Source: Octopus bimaculoides
Lineage: Eukaryota
Direction of reading: 5' to 3'
Assembly: GCF_001194135.2 (NCBI RefSeq)
Contig: NC_068984.1
Span: 107,572,202 to 107,618,886 of the forward strand
DNA length: 46,685 nucleotides
The notes under the pieces are model-generated. The model was given only the letters and a program-made list of their open reading frames with translations, was not told the origin of the DNA and searched no databases. Positions 25,886 to 38,033 of this stretch are shown piece after piece. The translations under genes were made by a program, and so were the position numbers. Numbering within the stretch: the stretch's first letter is position 1; the number at the start of each line of letters is the position of its first letter.

Positions 25886-27077
25886 TAATACAGCTCAAGA
25901 AATAATGACAACACTATTTATAAATAATTCTAATTCAATCTCCAAGGTTTCCAACTGTTAAATATCTCGTCCGCTTTCAAATTCATTTAATATAGGTCGA
26001 ATATCTAAACAGAAAATATTTTCCCACAAAAATATTTTGAGAAGAAAATCTCAATCAATCATTTTTAATGTTGTTTAATTAAAATTTAATCAAATAAGTA
26101 CATTGATATAATAGATTTTCATAAGTTGCTTCACAATAGTCCTACTAAGATACAACATATTTAATATAATTTGATTGTTAAAAATTTCTCATAACGGAAA
26201 TTTAATTGCTGTTTCCAGCACTAATCATATTAATCTCTAGCATTCTTATCAAAACCGGATACAACTATTATTTACACCCCCGACAAATAATTACAGCTAC
26301 CTCGTCAAAGTTAAAAGAAATGACTCATTGTAAGACATTCAAAGCATTTTCTAAGAACTTATTTATACATATTATACAAGGGCTTACTTTATTAGAATTA
26401 GAATTTGCAGCATTCATTTAGTTTACAGACTTCTCTCAAACAATAAGCTCAGACGCAGTGCGTACCTCTAGCTTTGGGGCATTACACGTTGAGAGATAAA
26501 TGTCCACTTGTACAGGGCACCGGTCTATTTATAAATATCAGTTCACAATATTTTAGTACCTTCTCTGAGACGATCTGATACTGATCACAAAGTTTACTGC
26601 ATTACAGCGAAACTCCAGTGGAAACTTTCTAGTGCAAGTAGTTCAAATTTTATTCATTCAGCTATTTTACATTTACTCTCTCCTTAATTATTAGCGATAA
26701 TAAACCCACTCTTACTATCCAGTTATAATGTCAGTAGTCTTATAATTCTTTCAGTTTTAAATATCAGACGTAAACAGTGTCTCCGTCGAGACAAGAATAC
26801 ATTAGCATACAAGCGAAATAACTGAGAATCTAATTGTTTATGCACTGTGAATTAAAATAGTATCTGCATATTTTCAACTGAACTTCTGCGGAAATATATT
26901 CCACAAAAGTAGTACCACAGTAAAATGAAAAAACCTCGAAACACGCAAAACATGATGTGAATGATCTAATAAGATGGTTTTGTATAACTAAGATAATCAA
27001 ATAGAAAATAAAATGGAGAAAAATGAAAACAATCATTGTTCAGCGACAAACACAATAATTATGAAAGTTCTACTTAC

Positions 27078-27116
27078 TCTCGATAACTACAGGTGACTCT
27101 GTAGTATTTTTCTGTG
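27078..27116 (-). CDS. Exon D (39 nt microexon, phase 1-1): linker AQKNTTESPVVIE
   Basis: Acceptor ttctattcacag|CA, donor GAG A|gtaagt. In frame between VWA1 and VWA2; contains an NTT sequon. Confidence 0.78.
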
Positions 27117-27399
27117 CTGTGAATAGAATGGTTAATTAGTTAATTTCCTTACAAGATAATTATCTTCATAAACCTGTAAGCTTTATAAAAATCAAATTCA
27201 ATAGCGTCATATATTAATTTTTGTAATCTACATTCTCCATATTGTGAAGTAAAAAAATTATTGCCGGTTTCATAACAGAAAATAAAGTTCGCTGCCAATA
27301 TAGTTCTTTTGTTTTACACGAGATCAGTATATTTTACTCTAAAACTAATGAAGGTCAATGCGTAGCAAAATACAATATATAATTTTCTATTTGTCATTA

Positions 27400-27680
27400 G
27401 GAGAAAACCTGCGTTTGATTGAAAATTTCACTAATATTTACATAAGCAATTATTCCTTGCGTATGGTTGTGAGCCCTGGGTCACTTACTAGAACCAGAAA
27501 TGCCACTCTACATCTACCCTTCGCGAGCAATTTTTGATAATATCTGGATGTAAATATCGCAATGATTATTTCGGAAAATAATGCTCTTTTTTCTTCAGTT
27601 CTGATGGAACTGAATTGCATGAAAGACACTCAGATAAGGACCAACATATTTTGGGGAAACTTAGGAAATGAGCTACTACT
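27400..27680 (+). mobile_element. Heavily degraded RTE-clade LINE RT C-terminal relic
   Basis: FLAYGCEPWVTY (cf. LLYGCETWT.Y) and MKDTQIRTNIFWGNL (cf. M.D.RIPK.IFYGEL), with frameshifts between. Confidence 0.45.
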
Positions 27681-28216
27681 TCCACACCCTATCTAATTAG
27701 TTTACCTGATTTATAACGAGAGTAAAAAGATTCACTCGTAGCTTAACGTTTATAATTCTTTCTTTGATTAAGGAACATATTTTTAGATTTTACAATTGAG
27801 TGACATGTATAAAAACCAGTGAATCTAATCAATGCACCTTATTTATCTTTCTACGTTTGTCATATCTTAACTCCTCACAGACTGTCTGATCTCCTTTTTG
27901 TCGTACCTCACTATTTCATTTTATCTCTATACTCTTTTCGTATTCGGATTCTGTACCAATGAAATATTGAGGAAGTTGCCGAAGAAAAGAAAATATAAGC
28001 AGAGCAGAAAAACAAACTCTATTTCAGATTCACGCTTTTGTTATTCGTAAACCAGCCTGATACAATTCATCTTGGCAATAGATACCAATCGAAAATCACA
28101 GATACGAATTGTAAATGAAATAGATCAAACATGAATTGAATTTTCCTCAAATACTACTCACAGTACACAATAAGAATAGATAAATGTAAAACATAAATCG
28201 AAAAATAAAACATATA

Positions 28217-28606
28217 GGCGCAGGTGTGGTTGTGTGGTAAGAAGCTTACTTCTCAACCACGTGGTTGCAGATTCAGTCCCACTGCGTGGCACCTTCGGCC
28301 AGTGCCTTCTACTATAGCCACGGGCTGGGCAAAGCCTTGTGAGTAGATTTCGTAGACGGAAACTGAAAGAAGCCCATCGTATATATGTGAGTGTGTGTGT
28401 GTGTGTGTCTACACCGCTTGACAACCGGTGTTGATATGTATATTTCCCCGTAACTTAGAAGTTCTGCAAAAAAATTTGATAGAGTAAATATCGGGCTTAA
28501 AAATATGTAATGATTTCGATACATTCATCTATAAATTATTCAAGGCGGTGCCCCAGCATGACTACAGTCTGATGACTGAAACAAGTAAGAGATAAAAGAT
28601 AAAAAG
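28217..28606 (+). mobile_element. CORE-like tRNA-derived SINE, near full length
   Basis: tRNA-like head ggcgcaggtgtggttgtgtggtaagaag..gattcagtcccactgcg, CORE-like ggcaccttcggccagtgccttctactatagc, internal (GT)n, tail caaggcggtgccccagcatg..gactgaaacaagtaagagataaaag. Confidence 0.85.
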
Positions 28607-28644
28607 ATACTAAATCAAAAGCCAGAAATTCTATATTTACTAAC

Positions 28645-29211
28645 CTTCACAAGCTCGGAATGCCACAGCCTTCTTTATGTTGTTCAAAGCCTCAAAGTTA
28701 TTGACCAAAAATACGTGCTCTTTAGCTGTTGCTGATGCAATCTGCTCCAGTTCTGTCGGATAAACTTTGTTACCGATTCCAATAGAGAATACGATAACGC
28801 CGTCTTTCTTGAGAGCAGCAGCTTCTTGAGCTGTCGTAACAGGAACGTTTGAACGTCCATCAGTAATGACAATTGCGATTTTAGGTACGTTGGAACGGGC
28901 ACCGTTTTGAGGGAGAAAACTAGTTGTACGTATGTAATGAATCGCTTCACCAGTATTTGTTGAACCGCCTTTGTATGGTATTTTTCTGATTTCCTCCAAT
29001 ATTTTTGACATATTGTAATATTTGTTCATATGAAAGCGCAGCTTTGCGTGATCTGCAAATGTTACAAGACCCACATGAACGGAGTCTTTACCGACTTCGA
29101 AACTTTTCGTGATGGCATCGACAAATCTTAGCATTCGTTGGAAGTTAACAGCCCCGACACTACTTGATCCATCGAGTGCAAACACAACATCTGCTACAGA
29201 GTAGTTGCATT
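28645..29211 (-). CDS. Exon C (567 nt, phase 1-1): VWA domain 1
   Basis: Acceptor taacttcag|AA TGC, donor GAA G|gttagt. KCNYSVADVVFALDGSSSVG...GGSTNTG...IVITDGRS...FRACE: intact MIDAS (DxSxS, T, D). Confidence 0.95.
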
Positions 29212-30492
29212 CTGAAGTTAAAATAAAACTCGTAATTAAATGTATGTTATTTTTTTAATGAGTATTTATTTATACATTAAATATATTTTTTATCAACAAG
29301 TTATCTTGATTTGCATATAATGTGTCGTACACATGACACATTACATTGCATATTTATACAAGACAAGTCAGCTTATAGGTGAAGATTATGTAAGATATCT
29401 AATGTATTCGAGGCGTTGGTCATATTTGCTCTGCAGAGTTTCACCGAGGTTTAAATGTATCATTGAAAGTGAAAACTCTCACAAGGATTTTGAAAAAAAG
29501 TAAATTTATATTTTCACAAAGCCGTCCGGAATCTCGTCGTATATATATATATANNNNNNNNNNNNNNNNNNNNNNNNNNNNNNNNNNNNNNNNNNNNNNN
29601 NNNNNNNNNNNNNNNNNNNNNNNNNNNNNNNNNNNNNNNNNNNNNNNNNNNNNNNNNNNNNNNNNNNNNNNNNNNNNNNNNNNNNNNNNNNNNNNNNNNN
29701 NNNNNNNNNNNNNNNNNNNNNNNNNNNNNNNNNNNNNNNNNNNNNNNNNNNNNNNNNNNNNNNNNNNNNNNNNNNNNNNNNNNNNNNNNNNNNNNNNNNN
29801 NNNNNNNNNNNNNNNNNNNNNNNNNNNNNNNNNNNNNNNNNNNNNNNNNNNNNNNNNNNNNNNNNNNNNNNNNNNNNNNNNNNNNNNNNNNNNNNNNNNN
29901 NNNNNNNNNNNNNNNNNNNNNNNNNNNNNNNNNNNNNNNNNNNNNNNNNNNNNNNNNNNNNNNNNNNNNNNNNNNNNNNNNNNNNNNNNNNNNNNNNNNN
30001 NNNNNNNNNNNNNNNNNNNNNNNNNNNNNNNNNNNNNNNNNNNNNNNNNNNNNNNNNNNNNNNNNNNNNNNNNNNNNNNNNNNNNNNNNNNNNNNNNNNN
30101 NNNNNNNNNNNNNNNNNNNNNNNNNNNNNNNNNNNNNNNNNNNNNNNNNNNNNNNNNNNNNNNNNNNNNNNNNNNNNNNNNNNNNNNNNATAAACATTGT
30201 ATTTTGAGAAATAACCGGTTTCGTGTTGTCTTTTCAAATTTCTCTACTTCATTGTGTCGTGTTCGTTCCAGTCTGAGAAAGAAGAGTTCTAGATAGGGGG
30301 AGGTAATTAGGGATTTCTTCTGGTATAGGGGAGATAATCGAAATCTAGGAGGTGGTAGAATTTGATTAATTTACCATGGTTTTTTTCTATATTTTTTTCC
30401 CCTTTTTTTCTCAGTGGGGTAATGAATTTCCTTATTTAAATGTGTTAGCAATGGTTAAGTTTGGGTTTGTAGTTTTGAATGAAAAAGGTTTC

Positions 30493-30529
<37 letters not shown>

Positions 30530-30856
30530 CAGTGGTTGTCTACTCGTTAGGCAGAGTTTGACTACCTCCTGTACCTACACCTTAGCACCATCATGCCATC
30601 TCATGTGGCTTTTAAACCAGACAATGTTCTGGAAAGACACCCGCATAGATTGACTATCCGATTTGGAACATCAAGACCTGCAGATAAGTTCTGATCTTTG
30701 TGGATCTTAAAATGTCTTTTGAGGCCTCCGTTAGATTTGCAAACCTTCTGGCATACACTGCATTCAGACACATTAGCAGAATAGTTGGTGGAGGCTCGTC
30801 TTCCATGGGTTCCCAAATGAGATTTGATCCCAGCAAAAGAAAGGCATCGTCTCTCA

Positions 30857-30866
<10 letters not shown>
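30530..30866 (-). mobile_element. Fragment with three tandem C2H2 zinc fingers, probably the 3' end of an RTE-type LINE
   Basis: CVCERRCLSFAGIKSHLGTH, CSVCQKVCKSNGGLKRHFKIH, and LCGCLSRTLSGLK plus (after restoring one A) SHMRWH. Followed by a short UTR-like tract and (TA)n. Confidence 0.6.
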
Positions 30867-30926
<60 letters not shown>

Positions 30927-31118
30927 CATACATCTACATCCCAAATCGAACCAAAATCCTCACAATTTCTCATCATTATCAATAACAAGGAGAAAGATAT
31001 ATTTTTTCAACACGTAAATACTGAGCAGTATATATAAAGGATAACATCCTTTTAAGAGCAGAAAAATTGGCTGGAATTGTGAGTGTAGTAACAATACATT
31101 AACAAAAAGTAAATGATA

Positions 31119-32315
31119 CTACCTGCATCAACTTGCTATAAAAGCAAGTAGTAATTTTACCTTGTCCTTATTTGTAGTGCAACTTGTGAAGAGTGAAGTT
31201 CCATTTAACAGTTATTTTCTTAAAGCTATAATGGAAGTGACAAAGGAGCATATTCGGCATATTTTCCTTTATTGGTTCAATAAAGGCAACAACGTAACGA
31301 GATGTGCGAGGAATACTAATGCAGTATATTGGGATCGGACAATAAGCTTAAGCTAGTGTCAACGGTGGTTCCAGAAATTTCGTGCCGGAAATTATAACCT
31401 AGAAGATCTGTAGACCTCGACGAAGCCGTACTGCAAACCCTGGTGGAACAAAATCCCATCGTAATTGTTGAGGAACTTGCAGAGAAGCTTGAATTTGGTC
31501 ATTCAACTATGCATCGACACTTGCATGCCATCGGAAATTTCAGCAAGTTGGGTCAAAGGCTTCCTCACAAACTTTCCGACTCTAATCGCGCTCATAGACT
31601 GAATGTGGGCTCTTCTTTGCTGTCACGTCTCACGAATGAACCTTTTTTTTGGACCGAATAGTGACTGGTGACAAGAAATGGAATCTCTATAAATATGTCA
31701 AGCGCTGAAGACATTGGTTAGGGAAAGGTGAACACCGGCATCCGAAGCTATAGAAGGCCTTCACCCACGTGAGGTGTTGTTATCTATTTGGTGAGATATA
31801 TGAAAGGTTTAGTCCACTTTGAACTTTTAAACACAAAACAAACGATAGCAAAGGAGATCTGCGAGCAGCTTGAGTGGCTTAAGTCAAAGCTAGAAGAAAA
31901 ATGACCATCTTTGGTTTCAAGACCAAAGATATTCTTCCATCTGGATAATACTTGTCCACAACCTCATACAACGGGGATGACATTCCAAGAGCTGGAGGAG
32001 TTTGAATGGAAAACGATGCTTCACCCACTATATTCACCGGACATTGCCCCATCTGAACATTATTTATTCCGCAGTCGTCAAAATCATTAGGACGGAAAAA
32101 ATATGAATTTTGTAGTCGAGGTCTATACAGTAGTGGAGTATTTTTCGGCATGGAGCAGTGAATTTTGGAACAGGGGTCTTGCAAGTCTACCAAATAGATA
32201 GAAGAGCATTGTAGAAAATAAAGGAGAATATATTTTAGATTAATAAAGAACTTCGTTATCTTAATTTTGAAAAATAAAAGAAGTTTTTAAAAAACCACAT
32301 TATTTATGGGATGAC

Positions 32316-32321
<6 letters not shown>
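31119..32321 (+). mobile_element. Mariner (DD34D-type) transposon relic; transposase pseudogene 31231-32243
   Basis: MEVTKEHIRHIFLY..CQRWFQKFRAGNYNLED..LPHKL..IVTGDKKW..FHLDN..YSPDIAPSEHYLF..ENKGEYILD, with stops and frameshifts. Right TIR ttatttatgggatgacccaata followed by (TA)n; left TIR missing. Confidence 0.92.
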
Positions 32322-32350
<29 letters not shown>

Positions 32351-32359
32351 TGGACTCAC

Positions 32360-32650
32360 TCGTCGTTAGAGAGACGTATGAGGTTTCGGCAACACCTCTT
32401 GTCGAACAACCACACAGATGATTTGTTTATTGTGATCAAATGTTTGTGATCAAATAATCTCGCTCCTTCAATCGAATCGACATTACTTGTGAAGGTTCAC
32501 CGTGTGCCTCATGTTAGATGACGAAATGACGCAGATCAATGTGAAATGAAGTGCTTTGCTCAAGAACACAACGGAACGCCCGGTCTAGGAGTCGAAACCA
32601 CGATCTCCCAATCGTGAGTGCAACACATTAACCAATAAGCCATGCGCCTT
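32360..32650 (-). mobile_element. Second CORE-like tRNA SINE family
   Basis: A-box-like TGGCTTATTGG, B-box-like GGTTTCGACTCC, then gttgtgttcttgagcaaagcacttcatttcac (CORE-like). Body matches 44810-45020. Confidence 0.72.
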
Positions 32651-33409
32651 CACACATGCAAGCACGCTCGCATACATGTGCGTACATACGCACAAACACA
32701 CACACATACACACACACATACACACACACCCATACACACACACACACACACACACATACACACACACACATACACACACTCACAAATATATGTATGTACA
32801 TATATATATGTAAGCATGCAAACGCATGAATTTAAACTCAGTCATCAAATGATTTTAATTATCAAAATTTCCAAGTAAGCGATGTTCGTAACTTGCTCAT
32901 TTTATGACGTTATGCTATTGTATAGCATGAATGTCGAGGGTAAACGTGAAGAGCGGCTCCTCTCGGGAAACGTGCCGAAGGTAAACGTGAAGAGGGACTT
33001 TAAAGTCGAGTGAAAACTTCAAGATGGGCTTCTCACAGATTTTATTTGAAATCCACGAGGAGTTCCAAATAATGAAATTGCGATTTTCAAATTTATTTAC
33101 CGTATATTTTCTATTGAACTAAACTGGTTACAGGTGATTTGTAAAATGACTCTCATCGTGATGATAAAATGTTTTTTCTGCTGAAGAAAATCTAAAACTG
33201 CAGTGATATACTGACCAAATATGTATCAACGCAGTGCCGATATTCATTTAAGATTTTCATATTTTTATTGTGTGCAATCTTAAAAATTGTTCTTACGTTG
33301 AAACATTTGCACTTAGTAGTGTGATAGTCAAATTGAGTTCGCACCTGATAATTGTTGACATGTCAAAGAAGAATACGTTAAAACAAATGGATAATGAAAA
33401 TCAGACACC

Positions 33410-33890
33410 ATTTGATTGATGGTTTCACAGGTTGAAAAGGTGAGAAAATATTGTTCGCAAACACGCCCAGAGTGAAGAAACAAGTGCTGTTTTGGGAGGA
33501 TTGTTTACCAGTACATTGACTCCTTTAATGCAAATGCTGTTATAATTACAATTGCATTTAACAAATGGTTAGTTAGTTAAGTGACAATTAGAAATATAGC
33601 AAAACATCGTTTTTTTATTTGACAATTCTTCGGCATGCAAATAATTTGTCATTAAAGATCGTCAAAGTAATTTTCTTGTTTTCAAAGATTACAACGTTAA
33701 TTTAACTATGTTGCTAAGGCACTCGCAGAGATTTACAGAAATTTGAACAATTTAAGCTGGCGTCAGTAATTATTAAAGTTGATGTGAAGCAAATATAATT
33801 GCAAAACGGATTTGCAAAAGTTAACAAGAATGAAGGAAATGAAGCAAGTCTCATGGAGAACTCTCGGAAATTGCTTTAAAACAGCAGGTT
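33410..33890 (+). mobile_element. Highly degraded pogo/Tigger (CENP-B-related) transposase relic
   Basis: Motifs in the expected order: WFHRLKR.ENI (cf. GWF.RFK.R.NI), EETxLFW (cf. DETGLFW), FLFDNSSA, AGVSNY (cf. DAGII.NFK), SWRTLGNCFKTAG (cf. AW..V...TI.NCF.KAG). Confidence 0.55.
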
Positions 33891-34994
33891 AAGGTTTCTA
33901 TGCATAACAGCCTAAATCAGAAGAATTGAAATAAATCTGAACAACATAAAGTTTCACTGTGAGTTAAATAAAAGTATAACCACTATTTTCTGTGCTATTG
34001 ATGAGCAGAGAAAAAGAGAGAGTTCATTGACAGATAGTTTCATGGTACATTAAGTTCTCCGCAAACAAGATTTACCTGGTTACTCTTGCCATTGGATAGA
34101 ATAGATCAGCGGGATATAACGTATGAAATAGGCTAGCGACATGGTACATTGTCTTATTTGCATATTTGTGCATGTGATGGCTAATCGAAATATCTATTTT
34201 ATGCGACATTACAACGTAAAAGAAAACAGCTGAAACAACATGATATTGCATAGCATCACTCTTGGTTAAATATTATCTCTATACTACAGTTCTGTATACT
34301 ATTTATTGTGGACGAACCCAGGCAACACTTAACTTTGAGGAGCAATGAACAAACCACGAAACAGTCCCTCATACTATTATCCTCACGTTAGTAACATAGA
34401 AAGAATGTGAATATATTCTGATTTAACCTAAAGGATTTACAGCATTCCACAAAGAAAATTCCCGTTAGAAACATTTATACAGACATTGGAAAGCGAAGTT
34501 TCAGATATCCACGCCGCCAAAATAAAAACTAATAAAAACGAGAAATACTTGACCGTCGTTTCACGTGTACATGAACGTCTATCACTGTTATACACCTTTA
34601 TATTTTAATCAACAGATAGTACTATAGGGTAATCACTATTTATACAGAGCTCAAACCAGAGGACAACTGTAATCGCCAATCTAAGTAAAGTACTCTTATT
34701 CATTGACCGCGTTTTTAATTAATTGAAGATTCATGCACATCTCAGCGTAAACTAGTAAATCTGAAACAAAGTGAAACAAATAATCCAACAGTTTTTGAAA
34801 TCTACAATGTAAACATATGAAGCAATGTAAATAGTTGCATTCTATCCATGTACAGAAAGTAAGTCGTTGATTATTTTTTTTGTGTGCATTCAAAGAAAAG
34901 TAAATTTATGTACATTATTTCATTTTTTTTTACAGCGAGGCTTTTTTAAAGCTGTAGCTATGTATGTATGTATGTATGTATGTATGTATGTATG

Positions 34995-35025
<31 letters not shown>

Positions 35026-35132
35026 ATGTGCATGTGTGTGAGTGTGCGTATATGTTTGTATGTATATATATATATATATATTGATACATACATACATAGA
35101 AACATACATACATACAAACATACATACATACA

Positions 35133-35726
35133 TATCATCCCATAAATGATGCGTTTTTTTCAGTTGCTTGACTTTAAATTCGGAGGGGTGCGGAAAAAAC
35201 TACATGCATCAACTTGCTATAAAAGCAGGTAATAATTTTACCTTCCCACTTTGAACTTTTAAACCCAAATCAAACGATAACAAAGGAGATCTACTGCAAG
35301 TAGCTTGAGCGGCTTAAGTCAGCGCTAGAAGAAAAACGATCATCTCTGGTTTCAAGACGAAAGGTGTTCTTCCATTAGCGAGGAAGACATTCCAAAGGTT
35401 GGAGCAGTTTAAATGAAAAACGATGTCCCACCCACCATATTCGCCGGACATTGCCCCAGCTGATCATCATTTATTCCGCAGTCTTCAAATTCATTTGGAC
35501 GGAATAAATATGAATTTTGTAGACGAGGTCTGTACAGTACTGGAGTAGTATTTTTCGTCACGGACAAGTGAATTTTGAAAGAAGGATATTGTAACCCTAC
35601 CAAATGGATGAAAGACTATTGTAGAAAATGAAGGAGAGTATATTTTAGATTAAAAAGGAACTTTCTTATATTAATTTTGAAAAATATAAGTATTAAAAAA
35701 AACGCATTATTCATGGGATGACCCTA
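35133..35726 (+). mobile_element. Internally deleted non-autonomous derivative of the same mariner family, both TIRs present
   Basis: Left tcatcccataaatgatgcgttttttt and right aaaaaaacgcattattcatgggatgacc are inverted repeats. The 5'UTR is fused directly to HFELLN; PYSPDIAPADHHLF is retained. Confidence 0.9.
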
Positions 35727-36826
35727 TATATAAACTGGCTTTTGGAGTTCGTACAATTCAATCATTTCACTCACTATTATATATCAGTAAAAAGCTGTGT
35801 TAGTAAAAACTACCCAAAGTACTGCAGAACAGGATGGAATCCAAGATACCATGGCTGTGAAATGAAGTTATTGACCAGAGATATGCTTGCTTTCAAACAA
35901 AAACGTTCATATTTTGCAATGTTTGTAGATTTCAACCAAATTTGTTCCAGTATTATATATTTGAGATACTGAGTGTATACAGCATTATATTGTGAAGAAC
36001 TGTCGTTGCGATCAGATTTAAATTTCTATTGATATTTAATAGGAGTGGTCTGGCCAACATCATTCTATATTAACGTAAAAGAGCAGTGATTTGTAACCAT
36101 ATATGCCACTTATTTACAGCTTTGCAGATTATGGAATAATGATTTAATGTGACTTGGTCGTGACCTCAGCACAACGTTAGTAACCAAATATGACCAGTAA
36201 TTCGACGCTTTATCGATTAAGTAACCTGTGATAATTTTCATTAAGATATCTATTACGTTACAACTAAACTTTAACGCTAAGTCTCATATACAACTGTATA
36301 TTGTCAATGTTTCAGTTATCAGAAAAATTCGTTTGTTATTCCTCTGTTATTTCCAAGTACCTGTTATATTTAGTTAAACACATATTCGTAAATGAAGAAA
36401 CACACACACAAAAGTAATTAATACACAATTTGTCTCATATTCAAAGAAAAATTAAACGATTTATACTGAAATTCTCGAGAAAAGAATCATTTTACTGTGG
36501 TTTAAATAATAAAGTGATCAAGAAGAGACATCAGTAAGTAAAGAAATCTTACAAGTATTTTCGATAAAATTATTGCTGTAGAAAAACGGCATAAAACAAA
36601 TGCATTAGAACATAGTACAAAATAAAAATGAAATCACGTGGCACTGCAAGAATGGGGAGACGCGACTGTAGAAAATGTGATAGAACTATGACAAAAAGAA
36701 AAACAAATACATGTAACCCATTTTATATAGCTGTCACGTACTAGCTCTGACAAAATGTATTCAGAAACAAAGAAAAGCAATAAACCAAGACATCCAGTTT
36801 CAGTACTTTACAGAAAGAAAAAACTG

Positions 36827-37058
36827 TACATTATTTACAATTGACGGATATCTGTCTTCATCTTGTTTGTTGTTAACACAACGTTTCGGCTGATATACCC
36901 TCTAGCCTTCATCAGGTGTCTTGGGGAAATTTCGAACCTGGGTTCTCATTCGAACTTTCCTCAAGGCACCTGATGAAGGCCGGAGAGTATATCAGCCGAA
37001 ATGTTCTGTTAACAACAAACAAGTTGAGGACACATATCCATCAATTGTAAATAATGTA
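36827..37058. mobile_element. Palindromic Penelope pLTR-like element: 110 bp arms (36827-36936, 36949-37058), 12 nt loop
   Basis: 12 mismatches in 110 positions by manual alignment. Each arm carries CTGATGA..GCC-GAAA. Confidence 0.88.
36875..36920 (-). ncRNA. Minimal type-I hammerhead ribozyme motif (Penelope-associated dimer type)
   Basis: GACAC-CUGAUGA-A-GGCU(agagggtatatc)AGCC-GAAA-CG-UU|GUGUU: stem I GACAC/GUGUU, stem II GGCU/AGCC, palindromic AACGUU in place of stem III. The mirror copy at 36965-37010 (+) has stem I and III mismatches. Confidence 0.68.
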
Positions 37059-37781
37059 AATAATGTACATAATTCCTCATTTCTTAAATATAGAAATAAT
37101 ATGAGGAAATGACAATGTGAAAATAACTTAACACTTCCAGTATAAGGTGAAGAACCGAACCGATTGTTGAAGAAGAAAAAGATATGGAATTTACACTGGA
37201 AGGACCAAATCCGTCAACTGACGCATTTTGAAATCCTAAGTACACACAATTCAAAAAGAATTGTAGATTTTGACATCATGATGCTTGACTTTTCATAATT
37301 TTATGATATTTATATACACTATGAATTATAGGTCGGTTGAACCAACTGTAAAAAGAAATAACAAACCATATACTACCTATAAAGATCACCCGCGTCAATT
37401 GACGCATTGTCAACTTTTAAAACTTGCACCATTTTTTTTTATAAATACATGTGACAACGTTTTAGACATTCAGTAATTGCATAGCTTTTACAGCTCGCAA
37501 AACAAAAACTGAGGTTTAGTCAGGGCAGAAGGGAATTACCAGAAGCAATAAAATAGGGGAAAGTAGCCCATGAAACTGTGGTTTTGAAATCCACAGAGAG
37601 GTCTAGTGTCACACGTACGTCGTATCAGCGCAAAAAATTAAAGTCTGTTGTTGTCTTGAGTATCTTACATCAACATGTAGAAGTTCCTTCTGAAAATAAC
37701 CGCAAGAAGCTTGACACCATACGTTTTATAACAAAATTAAGATAGGCGTCAAAGTAAGCAGAAGGCGATGGCCAACGCACG

Positions 37782-38005
37782 TTTTGAATGGGATGGGTTA
37801 CTTGCCCTGAAGAAAATTCTAACAGGGCCCCACCTGCAAAGTCATGCACTGTTTATCTTGACATGTGATCACCATGTCCCGCACATATGGTTGTGATGCT
37901 TGCGCTTCGTGTACTCGTATTAGACGAGTAGTCATGATGGATATATTGGTCTTCGTATATTTGTACCCCAGTGTCACTTTGATAGCATGCACTGCTCTCT
38001 CATTC
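37782..38005 (+). mobile_element. 3' part of the (AAT)n-tailed element family seen at 24004-24552
   Basis: Direct similarity to 24335-24552; followed by (AAT)n at 38006-38026. Confidence 0.75.
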
Positions 38006-38033
38006 AATAATAATAATAACAATAACTATTCTT

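Noticed and set aside
28217-28290. tRNA genes at SINE heads (also 32570-32650, 40580-40652, 44030-44100)
   Set aside because: A/B-box-like motifs are followed by SINE bodies, and no complete cloverleaf could be drawn.
32939-32994. Direct repeat ggtaaacgtgaagag x2 with a third AAACGTG between, superficially hammerhead- or enhancer-like
   Set aside because: The core reads GTGAAGA rather than CTGANGA with no stem II; short motif clusters cannot be assigned a regulatory role from sequence alone.
36553-36575. Good acceptor and donor 23 nt apart on the gene strand
   Set aside because: The length is not a multiple of three and would shift the frame of downstream phase-1 exons.
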